Shown here: positions 37,156-51,059 of the stretch, in pieces | How the letters are laid out: each line of letters starts with the position of its first letter | Numbering within the stretch: the stretch's first letter is position 1 | Assembly: GCF_006345805.1 (NCBI RefSeq) | Contig: NC_043001.1 | Coordinates: 135,780,001 to 135,844,000, forward strand | Length of the DNA stretch: 64,000 nucleotides | From: Octopus sinensis | Lineage: Eukaryota | Reading direction: 5' to 3' | Translations under genes and position numbers: made by a program | The notes under the pieces: model-generated | The model's database searches: none | Told to the model about the DNA's origin: nothing | Seen by the model: only the letters and a program-made list of their open reading frames with translations

Positions 37156-37559
37156 TTAAATTTAAATGTTGACGTGAATCTAACAGTTTTGTGTGTTTCT
37201 TAAATGGCTTATAAACGCCTTCCATGCTGCAATTGTTTTCGTTCCAGCACACGATCTCAGATTAAGTCACTCGCTATGCAAGTACATCTCCGTAAAAGAA
37301 AGCATATTTCAACAGAAATGTGGAAATGAACAGGTTAAAAGAGTACATTGTAATATGACCTAAGTCTGGTTGCTAATTCTGGTAGGGACACTTTCAGAGT
37401 TCAGTAAGGGCAGCCATGTTTGACTGAAATCATGTTGGTCCGACTGGATAATCAACTCTGAAACATCTAATTTGGTTTAGAGAGGCAGAACTATAAGAAA
37501 TAAAGGGTAGAAAGAAATATATTGATGGGAAGGAAAGGTGGAAGGAGATGGGGTGGATG

Positions 37560-38330
<771 letters not shown>

Positions 38331-38761
38331 CTGAGGTTGGAAAATCTCTGTAAGAAAAGAGAGTTTTTTTTTATAAGTTGGCAGACACGTTTTACAATCA
38401 TCAATGGTCATTTTTATATTCCAGCATGATATTGGCAATGGGTCAAGCATATACGAAGGGAGATTAGTTAAATAAAGACTTAGTTGCCTGGCTGGCCAGT
38501 TGGTGCCAAGGATTCATTCAATTTACCATCTGTGTATCTTTTCTGAACAGAACAATAACGAAACAATAAGAATTTACCAAATCCAGTCAACCAGACTGCC
38601 TGGATGGAAGACAGCTTATGGGGTATTATTCTAAATCCAAAATTTCTAATATTTTTATATTCATGTCTTTATATACAGAGAACTCTTTCCACAGACAGAA
38701 ACACAAAAATAAATAAAAAACTTGTGTTAGAATACAAATAAAAACAATAAAAAATTATTTA

Positions 38762-39152
38762 GGCGCAGGAGTGGCTGTGTGGTAAGTAGCTTGTTTACCG
38801 ACCACATGGTTCCGGGTTCAGTCCCACTGCGTGGCATCTTGGGCAAGTGTCTTCTACTATAGCCTCGGGCTGACCAAAGCCTTGTGAGTGGATTTGGTAG
38901 ATGGAAACTGAAAGAAGCCTGTTGTATATATATATATATGTATGTATGTGTATGTGCTTGTGTGTCTGTGTTTGCTTGACAACCGATGCTGGTGTGTTTA
39001 TGTCCCCGTTACTTAGTGGTTCGGCAAAAGAGACCGATGGAATAAGTACTGAGCTTACATAAGAATAAGTTCCGGGGTCGAGTTGCTTGATTAAAGGCGG
39101 TGCTCCAGCATGGCCGCAGTCAAATGACTGAAACAAGTAAAAGAGTAAGAGT
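38762..39152 (+). mobile_element. SINE family A
   Basis: Full-length, with a ~14-bp internal deletion after the microsatellite. Confidence 0.9.
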
Positions 39153-39376
39153 AACCCTTTAGTATTTATACCAGCCATATCTAGCCCAAATATTCTACCT
39201 GTTTTGTGTCCAGATTGGCTAGATTTGACCTCTCACACCTATCTACAATGTTATTCTAAAAATAAACATTCAGATCATCAAATTCTTGAAGCTAAGAGAT
39301 AATACATGATTAATTCAAAACAATGAGAAAAAATAAGCATTACACATGACAGAATAGTCTGAAAGTTGAAGGGTTA
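39153..39376. mobile_element. piggyBac-type TTAA MITE (same family as 348-958)
   Basis: aaccctttagt ... gaagggttaa. The internal ccaaatattctacctgtttt is shared with 348-958. Confidence 0.7.
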
Positions 39377-39884
39377 ATATTTATCTGGGTTTCATATTTA
39401 AGGAGCTACATAAGGAACGGTGTGGTTATGTGATTAAGAAGGCTGTTAAGCAATCTAAGGATATTAGGTTTGATGCCGCTGCTTAGCATTTTGGTAAGTA
39501 TCCTTTCTTTTAGCTTTGGGTTTGCACAAAGCTTTGCAAGTGAAATTGTGTAGATTGAAACTATGCAGAAGCCATCAGATGGATTACATCTGCTCTTGGG
39601 CGATGAAGTATTGCTTGACTTTTGTAAGCCTAATTTAACACCACCACCTGGTCTAGGGTGTCTTTAGTGAAGTATACTCTATTGTAAGTAGGTGTCTGGT
39701 TTGAGAGTATAAAAGTCTCTCGCTTCCCTTTTATCTCCACTAGCAAAAGCTCTGGAAACAAAGTCATCAATATTACTTTCGCTCCTCTGGTAAATGTATT
39801 CTGGTGTATGAAGACATAGTAACCTACAGACACCCTGCAGTTTTAGTTAGCAGGAAAGAAGACAGGTCCCTACTTTAATGAAAG

Positions 39885-40000
39885 AAATGGCCATGCTTGA
39901 TATGCAAAAATGGAGTACATAGAAATTCAATATGGTGAACCCAGTGTAAACTATAGACATACAAAAGATGTGGCTCACAAGACTTTGTATGTACAAGGTC
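39885..40000 (+). pseudogene. RTE LINE remnant with a PHD-like Cys/His motif
   Basis: KWPCLICKNGVHRNSIW*TQCKL*TYKRC...FVCTR. Confidence 0.55.
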
Positions 40001-40189
40001 ACTGAAGCAGTCAGCAGGAAGAAGTGAAATAGATTCTTTTCAATGCATGGAAAACTCCCTAGAAATAATTGAAAACGTTTTTTGTTTTTTTTTTATCCAG
40101 GTAACAAAATTAGCAGTGGAGGCAGGGTGTTCTTGAAGCCATCATGGCTGGAATTTGAACAGGTTTGAAATAATTTAATCGTTTGCCAG

Positions 40190-40402
40190 ACTCGTCTGGC
40201 ACCTGTGCCGGTGGCACGTAAAAAGCACCCACTACACTCACGGAGTGGTTGGCGTTAGGAAGGGCATCCAGCCGTAGAAACACTGCCAGATCAGACTGGG
40301 CCTGGTGCAGCCTTCTGGCTTCCCAGACCGCAGTTGAACCGTCCAACCCATGCCAGCATGGAAAGCGGACGCTAAAAGATGATGATGATGATGATGATGA
40401 TG
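40190..40402 (+). mobile_element. Family C RTE-tail repeat
   Basis: ggcgttaggaagggcatccagccgtagaaac...(GAT)n. Confidence 0.85.
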
Positions 40403-40650
40403 TTACCTCTTCTGGCAATAAGATTTCTCATTCAGCATGTAAAGTAGAAGGTATGTTGCATGTGCATAAATCATATGTGGAGGATTAATGGTGGTTAGAA
40501 AGAAACGGGATGAGCATGGTCTGCTGGGTGTGTAATGTTGATGCGGATGAATAACAGAGCATGGGTTGATTTGATAAAAGAACACCTAGATTTAAGAGGA
40601 AAAAGATGTAGTGTGCAAGAGAGAAGACTGCACTGGTACTGATGTGTGAT

Positions 40651-40868
40651 GCAGAAGCATTAGCACGCCGGGCGAAATGGTCAGCAGTATTTCGTCTGTC
40701 GTTACGTTGTGAGTTCAAAATCCGCTGAGGTCGACTTTACCTTTCATCCTTTCGGGGTCGATAAATTAAGTACCAGTTACGCACTGGGGTCAATGTAATC
40801 GACTTAATACCTATGTCTGTCCTTGTTTGTCCCTTCTATGTTTAGCCCCTTGTGGGTAATAAAGAAAT
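40651..40868 (+). mobile_element. SINE family D
   Basis: Nin-type core and tail are present. Confidence 0.85.
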
Positions 40869-41307
40869 AGGTACTGATATGTGATGCAATGGAGGACGTA
40901 AGTTGATGAAGAAATGCAAAGAGCTCCAAGTGGATGAAACCTGTGGGAAAGGGGCCTGCAGAAACATGGAATGTAATTATGAAAACGGATCTCATGAAGG
41001 TGGACCTCACAAAGGAGATGGTGACTGACCATAATGAGTTGTGATTGTGATGTCAGAGAAGACTCGGTGACCCAATCATGCATAGCAAAATGGACATTAA
41101 AATGGTGGTGCTAATGGAGGTTGGCAATTGGACATCATTCCTTGCTGCCAGCATAATGTAGTATGACATCAGTTTGTCCATATTCAATTACCTTACTATC
41201 ACTGTTCTTTATCACTAGTCATTACTCTCTCATTAACCATTACTCCCTCCCAATGGCACACATCACTCTCTTCTCTAATTTCTCACACTCCCTTTACTCC
41301 TTCTTCT

Positions 41308-41540
41308 TATTTCTTTACTACCCACAAGGGGCTAAACACAGAGGGAACAAACAAGGACAGATAAAGGGATTAAGTTGATTATATTGACCCCAGTGTGTAA
41401 CTGGTACTTATTTAATTGACCCCGAAAGGATGAAAGGCGAAGTCGACCTCGGTGGAATTTGAACTCAGAACATAGCAGCAGATGAAATACCGCTAAGTAT
41501 TTTGCCCAACATGCTAACGGTTCTGCCAGTTTGCCACCAT
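41308..41540 (-). mobile_element. SINE family D
   Basis: Reverse-complement match. Confidence 0.85.
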
Positions 41541-42865
41541 AATTACTCCTTTTTCTATTACCTTATCACCTGCCTACAACTCTCCATTTCTCTCCTTACA
41601 ACATTCATCCTGTTCCACTATTCAATCTCCTTACCAACAACCGATATGTAGCTGTCTATCATTGTCTCTTCTATTACTACCTCATCTATTGTTCTCTTCT
41701 TCATCAGTTCTGCTTCTTTTACCCTCTTGATCATGCTATTTTGAGACACTATAGAGTAAAGAAAAGACAGGACTCTTTGAGCTCTGCTGACGAGAAGACA
41801 TCCTCTCTAGAGTTGGTACCATGATAAATTACATCCTTTAGATTTGATAAAGTAGCTGGCCAGAGAACAGAATGAAGCTGATTTGTGACACTGCAGAGGA
41901 TAGAAGACTCTGTTGCATTGTGTCACAATAAAATACATCCAGTACAATGACTGGTATCAGAAAGAGCAGGCAGCAGTAGAAATTATACTAGAAATGGAAC
42001 ATAAATATGTGATATGGTCTCTGACTCATCACCAAGGGTAGTCATTCCAAATAAGATTTCAGGCAGTGATAACCCATCTAACCCATGTCAGAATTGAAAA
42101 ATAAAAAATTAAAAAAAGGACGCAAAAATGATGGAAATAGAGTGAACATAAAATAATGATGATGATAAAAATGATGATATTATATACATTTACATCAATG
42201 TTATACTATTGCTGTTATATATTTTATATGGTTGTTATATACCATTTGATATAAAAGATATATAAACTTCTAAAAGGAGCAAAAAATAAAGAAAATAAAG
42301 TTCATATGTGTGTGTATGTGTGGGGGATTCTATAGAGCAGAAAATAGTTATAATATCTAGAAAATATATCTGCAATAAAACAACATGAAACTGTATATAA
42401 TCAAACCAGCTATTTCAAAATAGAAAATACTTTAAAATTAACACAAAAAAATGTATATAAAAAAAAAAAAGAAAAGAAAACAGTAAGTGAAATATAAAAC
42501 CAACAACATAAAAAATATCAAATAAATAATAAAAAGGATTATTCCACCCCATTTTACATACAGATCTACTAATACGGTAGGGTATAGGGTATATTATTGT
42601 TGTTGTTAATACTGAAGTTGTGGCTTATTCACTCGCTTTTATTTCTTTTGTTTAATAGAGCAGAATAGAATTAGAGTTAGGAATGAGGCGAAGAAAAGAC
42701 ATAAAACAATGCTAATACACATACATGTATGTGCGTGCGTACGTACATACATACATATGAGTGTGTGCGTATGTACATACATATGTATATATAAAATACA
42801 CACACATACATTTGTTTTAAATGTGCTACATTCTTTATATATATATATGTGTGTGTGTGTGTGTA

Positions 42866-42897
<32 letters not shown>

Positions 42898-43564
42898 ATA
42901 TATAAGCCAATTCAAAGAGGAGGTAGAGAGAGAGGACGATAAATTACAGCAATAGTCTTTGAGTAAAAAAAAGATTACTTCAAAGACAGAGCAATAATAC
43001 AGTAGGGTAGATTAGAATCTACCAGCTTCCAGTCATGTTGCTGTCTGTCGTATATATATATATATATATATATGCACACATAAGTGTGTACATATATAGA
43101 CACACACACACACACGAGGGAAAACATGAACATACCACATACATATACCAGAGCATGCACATACACAGAGGTACATACACCACATACTAAAGCATGTATA
43201 TATATACACAGATGCTATTTAATTCACATCGCTTATATAGATGCTGTCAGTAAAAAGAGGAGATATGGTGATAACAGGTTGTTTGTTGGAAACACACATG
43301 CACACACACGCACGCACACATGCATACACACACACACAAACACACAGGGAGAAAATAACTAGAGTCAGTGTTATTTAATAAGTAGTTAAGTGACCTGAAG
43401 TTCATAGTTTCAAATCTTACAAGGGCTGCTAAAAAAAAATCATTACCTTTGCACAGTATTTAGTTGCAGCTCTTTACATCCTGAGTTCAATTCCTGCTAA
43501 AGTTGATTTTGCATTACGTTCTTTCAGGGATAACGAAATAATTACCAGAAGAGAACATATATAT

Positions 43565-43796
43565 ATTTCTTTACTACCCACAAGGGGCTAAACACAGAGG
43601 GGACAAACAAGGACACACAAAGGGATTAAGTCGATTACATCAACCCCAGTGCGTAACTGGTACTTAATTTATCGACCCCGGAAGGATGAAAGGCAAAGTC
43701 GACCTCGGCGGAATTTGAACTCAGAATGTAACGGCAGATGAAATACGGCTACGCATTTCGCCCGGCGTGCTAACGTTTCTGCCAGCTCGCCGCCTT
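43565..43796 (-). mobile_element. SINE family D (young-looking, CpG-rich)
   Basis: Full-length: head ggcggcgagctggcagaaacgttagc, B box gagttcaaattcc, Nin core. Confidence 0.92.
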
Positions 43797-44195
43797 AATT
43801 GACTAGTGGGTACCCCTCCTTTCCCGTCACAACAGTAGAGATGATCACCCGTTGCTGGATACTTCTGATCATCAAAATATAAAGTAATTGATTCGTTTTC
43901 TACATCAATGTGTGGATAAATCATCATTGTTTTAATGTCCACTTTCCAAGCTGGCATGGTTTGGACAGAATTTGTGGATGTGGATTTTCTTCTACAGCCA
44001 GATACCTTACCTGTCACCAACCCTCACCTGTTTCCAAGAAAAAATTTTTCACATAGCCAAACATGTTTCCATGGAAAATTGGAAACAAAGGACACCACTT
44101 GCATGGCAGGGACACTTGTTTACAGCTATCATATGATGTCAAAGCAAGGAGACCGTAAAATACAAACATATTTAAACATGGATCCATATATATAC

Positions 44196-44531
44196 TGAAG
44201 GCACATGGCTCAGTGGTTAGATCATCGAGCTCACAATCATGAGGTAGTGAGTTTGATTCCTGGACCAGGCTGTGTTGTGTTCTTGAGCAAGGTACTTTAT
44301 TTCACATTGCTCCAGTTCACTCAGACGTAGAAGTGAGTTGCAACATCGCTAGTGCCAAGCTGTATCGGTATTTGCTTTTCCTTTGGATAACATCGGTGGC
44401 ATGGAGAGGGGAGCCTTATATGCACTGGTGACTGCCTGTCTACACTAAATAACCTTGTCCAGTCCAGACTTGTGCTTCAATGGGTAATTTTCTAGGTGCA
44501 ATCTCATGATCATTCAAGACAGAAGGGGGTC

Positions 44532-44535
<4 letters not shown>
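44196..44535 (+). mobile_element. CORE-type tRNA SINE family F
   Basis: Homologous to 32797-33145. Confidence 0.75.
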
Positions 44536-44571
<36 letters not shown>

Positions 44572-45156
44572 CAATCAGTTTCAGTTTACAAAATCCATTC
44601 ACAAGGCTTAGATTAATCTGGGGCTATAGTAGAAGACACTTGCCCAAGGTACCACACTGTGGGGCTGAACCCAGAACCATGCAGTTGAGAAGGAAACTTC
44701 TTACCACACAGCCATGCCTGCACTTCATAGTAAACATATATAACACAAAACAGAGACAGACATGTAGAGATTTTATACCAATGTTCCCTTAAACTTTTTA
44801 AGCTATTGCCCTTTATTTTTCTAACATTTTTTCAATGCCAACCCCTGTTTGCTATGATTCATAGTCCCCATCTACCACCAATTTCAATGTATGTACACAT
44901 AATATCAAGTGAGAGTATTTAAGTTCTGAGTACTAGTTTGATGCAGGTGATGATATACCACAGCACCACTCTACTGTAAGCAAATATTCAACATGTCACC
45001 TCTTGACCTTAGTTTCTGACCTGACCTTTAAGCATGTGCCTTTGGCCAGACTCAAGCATGCATTCTTTGTGTTTCACACATATGTTTGTTATTATCATTT
45101 ATAATCATATCCTGATTTATAGTTGTATTGACACTCTCCGTTTTCTTACTTAATAT

Positions 45157-45187
<31 letters not shown>

Positions 45188-45225
45188 GTATATATATATA
45201 TATGTGTGTATATATATATATATAG

Positions 45226-45432
45226 TTAATCTAAATATGAAAATACAAAGAGAAAACACAACAATGCGAGGACGTGGAACAAGTATAGTGTTATTCGATA
45301 CTCAGGAAAGGAAAGAAAGAAGGAGGATTTAACGTTTCGAGCGGAGCGCTTCATCGGAAACATAGGAAAAGGAAAGAGCCAAGGAAGGGAAGACGGAGGA
45401 AATAAAAATAAAAACGATACACACGCGGTCAC
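45226..45432 (-). mobile_element. Penelope-like pLTR fragment
   Basis: The sense strand is pyrimidine-rich, contains an HHR motif, and sits in (TA)n flanks. Confidence 0.6.
45327..45361 (-). ncRNA. Minimal hammerhead ribozyme, degenerate (U4C)
   Basis: GUUU CCGAUGA A GCGC UCC GCUC GAAACGUU AAAU: palindromic AACGUU stem III, 4-bp stem I, 3 of 4 pairs in stem II. Confidence 0.6.
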
Positions 45433-45477
<45 letters not shown>

Positions 45478-46332
45478 TGATATAAACACACACACACTGA
45501 CAAATATAGCGTACAGCAACACAGACACATATGCAGCAGATACAAAATCATATGATCCACATAAACACACACTAACACACATGTAGACATACACACACAT
45601 ACACATGTACAGAGACATAGAAAGCTTTACTTATTATAGAATCTCTATAAAGTAAAGAACTGATAATGATGATGATGATGCTGTTTAGCCCTAGGACAAG
45701 TCTGACTGAGTACAATCCAAATCATTACTTCTATGACCATATTGCCCACTTAAATAAATGTAGGGCTACATTATCTCATGTGCCACTTATTTAAAACAAC
45801 AGGGTGTGATTTGAAATAGAATTAGCAACTATTTCTAGCAGATTAACCAGCTACATAGAGGTTCCCTTATTGGCTCATGGCTGAAGCAGTTATTCCTGGA
45901 AGACGGGTAGTAAAACTAAGTCTAAAGAAAGGTAAATAACAGCAGAAATAATAACTACTATAGTAATAATAACAATAACAATGATACTTCATGAACAAAA
46001 TGGTAAAACAGCGATATAGGCCATTCTTCATGAATGGCACAAAAAACAAAGAATAGATAAATAAATAAATAAAAGATCTCATTAGCGATATATTTTTGCG
46101 GATGGAATAGCAATTAAAATCGGTTGCAGACATGCTATAAAGAGTCTAAGACATACATATAGCTTCAAATGCATACATAAATAATATTTGTCTAAATAAC
46201 GAGTATCATATTCAAATAACTTTTGTTTTTAAATAACATATAGGTGCAGGTGTGGCTGCATGGTTAAGAAGCTTGCTGCCCAACGATGTGGACTGGGGTT
46301 CAATCCTACTGCTGAAAAGAAGCCCATCATGC

Positions 46333-46363
<31 letters not shown>

Positions 46364-46410
46364 GCTCATGTATATATTATATATCATACTTCCATACATA
46401 TATATCATAC

Positions 46411-46711
46411 CTCACGTGACCGACCAGACCATCAGATGTTGCTACACATCGCTGGTCACAATGCATTCGCATTGTTTTAGCCTTCGAATGACGCCACCCC
46501 GCTGGCTAAGCGAGCAGGCCAACAGAAGAAAGAGTGAGAGAAAGTTGTGGCGAAAGAGTACAGCAGGGATCGCCACCATCCCCTGCCGGAGCCTCGTGGA
46601 GCTTTTAGGTGTTTCGCACAATAAGCACTCACAACGCCCAGTCTGGGAATCGAAACTGCGATCCTATGACCACGAGTCCGCTGCCCTAACCACTGGGCCA
46701 TTGTGCCTCCA
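46411..46711 (-). mobile_element. SINE family B head with alternative 3' module (B2)
   Basis: Same head as 24143 but a different tail, ending in a gtgacc...ggtcac stem-loop. A second copy lies at 55074-55384. Confidence 0.88.
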
Positions 46712-46875
46712 CATATATCATACATGCTTACATATATTATATATCATATATACATACATATATCATACATAAATATATGTATATATAAGGGTATATTTAT
46801 TTTTGATGGACATCAACCCATACCGGCATGGAACATGGACATCAAATGATGATGATGATATATATATATATATAT

Positions 46876-47310
46876 ATCATCATCATCATCGCTTAGCGTC
46901 CGCTTTCCATGCTGGCATGGGTTGGACGGTTCAACTGGGGTCTGGGGAGCCAGTAGGCTGCACCAGGCCCAGTCTGATCTGGCAATGTTTCTATGGCTGG
47001 ATGCCCTTCCTAACGCCAACCACTCCATGAGTGTAGTGGGTTGTTTTTACATGCCACTGGCACAGGTGCCAGACGATGCTGGCAAACGGCCACGATCGGA
47101 TGGAGCTTTTTACGTGCCACCGGCACGGAGGCCTGGTGAGACTGGCAACGGTCATGATTGGATGGTGCTTTTAACGTACCTCCGGCACGGAGGCCAGTCG
47201 GGGTGGCACTGGCAACAGCCACATTCGAATGGTTCTCTTATGTGCCACCGGCACTGGTATCACAGCTACAATTTCCATTGATGTTGATCGATTTTGATTT
47301 TGATTTTCAC
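46876..47310 (-). mobile_element. Long family C RTE-tail repeat with tandem gtgccaccggcacgg subrepeats
   Basis: Matches the other copies and extends further 5'. It lies tail-to-tail with a short plus-strand tail at 46805-46860. Confidence 0.85.
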
Positions 47311-48227
47311 TTAAGGGAGTAAAATATTAAAGTAACATATGAAAAAATACATAGAAAATATATTGTAAAAATAATAACATAATGATATATATATATAAAA
47401 AGTATATCTATTTTCCCTAAAAATAACAATAATGTTTTCAGTCTTTAAATTAATGTTTAATAACAATAAGAACAGCAAAAACAATAACTTATGCAATAAA
47501 AAAAAGATAATTAAAATTTTCTTCACCTTTTCATCTTGTAATTTTGTTTATACAAGAAATATCAGATTGAGAGATGAAAAGGGAGATAACAATAATTAAA
47601 CAGACGTAGGTGTTTTATTTATCAATCAATCTATCTATATATCAGTCAATCATACATACATACATATATAAACATACATACACACACACATATATCTACA
47701 CACAGACACACACACATCTACACACAGACACACACACATCTATATATATATGCATAGACACACAGACACACACACACACACATCTATATATATATATATA
47801 TATATATATGCATACAGACACACACATATCTATACAGAGACACACACACACACACATATATATATATCTACATACAGACACACATATTTAAATACATATA
47901 TACGTAAATACATATACATACATACATACATACATATACAGATATTTAAATACTCAAACATAAATACATATACAGGCATACACACACACATGCAGATATT
48001 TAAATACACATATACATAAAAACACACACACAAGAAAATGAGATGGCAAAGGAATAAATGATTATCTTATGAACTTCATTAGCTTACAGCTGTTTCTACT
48101 ATAAGAAGCAGTGGACTCATAGCCGAGTACCTGAGTGACACCTTACAGCTTCATCAGAGCATTGAATATGAAGTGCAGTTTATTTGGGAAATATGAGAAA
48201 GCCATCTCAGATGTGTATAAAGAAGTA

Positions 48228-49020
48228 TATATCCAGATTTAGGTAAATGGTAATTAGCTCTAATATATGTATATACATTCGTGTGTGTATACACATACAC
48301 ACATAAATATATATATATTATATATAGATAGATGCACACTTGCATGCAAGGACATCACATATATGCATATATTCAGACAGATACACATATACACACAGGC
48401 CCATATGCACACGTGCTTACACACACACACATGGAAATTGTGCAGATATGGAAACACACGAGCATATATTTATGTGTGTATGTGTATACACACACGAGTG
48501 TATATACATATATTAGAGCTAATTACCATTTACCTAAATCTGGATATGTATGTGATGTATTTGCATGCAAATATGCATCTGTATATATATTTATACCTGT
48601 CTGTGCTTTTGTGTATATATCTGTATATCTAAGTGCATGTATGTATATGTGCATGTGTGTGCATTTGTGTACATACCTGGATGCTTGTATGTTTGTATAT
48701 CTGTGAGATTTCTGCATGTGTGAGTGTATATGTGTATGTCTGTGCATATGCATGTGTGTGTATATGTGTACACATCTGGATGCTCGTGTGTTTCCATATC
48801 TGCACAATTTCCATGTGTGTGTGTGTATGCACATGTGCATATGGGTCTGTGTGTGTATGTGTATAAGCACGTGTGCATATGGGCCTGTGTTTGTGTATAT
48901 GTGTATCTGTCTGAATATATGCATATATCTGATGTGCTTGCATGCAAGTGTGCATCTATCTATATATACTATATGTGTGCATATATGTGCTTATGTATAT
49001 ATATATATATATATATATTC
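48228..49020. repeat. Microsatellite-derived complex satellite with an internal inverted rearrangement
   Basis: 48228-48310 is the reverse complement of ~48465-48548. 48311-48464 is an inverted copy of ~48780-48970. Confidence 0.85.
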
Positions 49021-50097
49021 ATAAACTGTTTTACAAATACATATTATGGAGTGGAAGTGCTAAGCACTGATGTGTATAAATACAAGGTTATTACCAGTTC
49101 AAATATGCTTGAAGTGTATTTGAACCTGTAATAAAGCCATTCACAATGTTTTGTCAAAGAGAAAATTTCTCACAGTAGACAAATGCTGCTTCTAATTCAA
49201 CTGATTCAGAAGTAGCAAGAAGTTGTAAAGAATCGAAATATATACAGAGAATTATCTCCGGTGGAATGATGGTAATGTTTTATCTTAGTATCATTCACTA
49301 CTATTGCCATTTAGTGCAAGGTCAGCCCTGATTCAGTAAATTTATGATAAAAGACATTCTACACACGACTATCCATTACATTTTATATCTAGGATTATTG
49401 TCTATTATTGTCTATCCTTCCTATTTAAGGATAGTCACATTTGGCTGCTATTTCTAGCAGGTCAAGTAACTGGCTCAGGTTCCTGCATTTATCTGCAAAA
49501 TGGTGAAAACAAGGAACTAATACCAATTTACAGGCTTGGCTTCCTGTTGGAATACACTGTCTTCATTTGTTTGTTAGTTTTTTTTTTCTTACACCTGTTT
49601 CGTTGTGCTTGTGTGGGTTAAATATATCACTCAATCATTGTTTTTACAGCTTGATGCCCTTCCTGTTGCTCACCTGTTTTTAAAGTAAGGATGTTTCAAG
49701 GTGCAAAACCAGCAAATGATTCAGAGGTGGAGGATGACATCATTGCTAAGTGCTCAGCAATTTTCAGAGAAATGAACATGTATACAAACACACACATGCA
49801 TTACACACACATATGCATAACAGACAGAGAGACAGACACACACATACAAAATAGCTCTTTCATGTTCTGTCAAGCAAATCCAAACACAAGGTTTTGGTCA
49901 GCCTGGGGCCACTATAGAAGACACTTAGACATGGTTTAGCCCAGTGGGATTGAATTCAAAACCCGATGGTTGGGAAGCAAACTTCTTAGCACACACCCAT
50001 GCTGGTGCCTTCATTTTTAGTTTGGAAATGGAGAAGAACTTAGTGAAATAACTTTATCCTTATTAACCTGGTATTTGGAACACATATCAACATGAAA

Positions 50098-50459
50098 TCT
50101 CTCTCTATATATAAACGGCAAAATGTCTGCATGTCCTTTATACAAATCCATAATTTTTCAATTAGAGGGCTCGCACTTTCTATGGTCATTTAAAACCGTC
50201 CAAGGGTGGTCGTGCACATCTTTACACTTCCCCAGTCACCCCGCAAAGCCATTAAAAAATCAATAGAAGTGACTTTTTGGTGAAATTTCTATCCAAAACC
50301 CAATCAAAATGCCCGAAACTTGATACGCCAATTGAATGCTAACTAGCTGTATGTGATTGGTCGGAGATTTGGACAGTACTCGCGTGTATGTGCGCATGCA
50401 CGCAGCTGTATATGCATGCACTAGCACTATGACCCAGCGTTGCCGGGTCATAGTGCTAG
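50098..50459 (+). mobile_element. Non-autonomous Helitron (second family)
   Basis: A|TCTCTCTCTATATATAAA 5' end. 3' hairpin and CTAG|T end. Confidence 0.85.
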
Positions 50460-50490
50460 TCTTGTATAAAAATTTTAATTACAATCAGAT

Positions 50491-50712
50491 TAACTCTTTA
50501 GCATTCAGATTATTCCGTTAAATGCATCTCTTATTTATTCACATTATTTTGAATTAATCACACATTATCTTGTAGCTTTGAGATTTTGATGGTGTGTTTG
50601 TATATTTTTAGAATGACACTGTAGGATAGGTGAGAGAGGCTGGATATGATTTAACATAAAACAGGTAGAATATTTGGGCCAGATATGGCCGGATTAAATG
50701 CTTAAGAGTTAA
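50491..50712. mobile_element. piggyBac-type TTAA MITE
   Basis: ttaactctttagcattcag...aaatgcttaagagttaa. Reverse orientation relative to 348-958. Confidence 0.7.
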
Positions 50713-51059
50713 AACAGGAAGTTTGCATCATAGAACCAGGGGTGGTCTTAAGTAGGCTAGTATCAAAAGGATTATGAAAATTTTGTTGCTATAATCCATA
50801 AAAGGGATGGATTGTACCAAAAAACAACAAACCACTGGTTACCATTAATCTCAAAGTATTATATATTAGAGGGTTATATGATTAGATATCTGAAATACCT
50901 GCCACAACATTTGAAGAGATTTAAAGGGTAATAGAAAGGAGCAGTTGGGGTTGTTGTAGTATTAAGCAAAATTAAAGATAAATCTTATTGTTAGAACTTT
51001 ATGTAGATTTGAATTCAAGATCTCAGCAGGTAAAGTATAAGCATTTTACATTTGTTCCA

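Larger units (their letters stand above)
36951..37295. mobile_element. Inverted pair of PLE-like pLTR segments forming a ~135-bp-arm palindrome
   Basis: 36951-37088 is the reverse complement of 37107-37238 (about 9 substitutions, several at CpG sites, and 2 indels). The right arm extends further. Confidence 0.85.
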
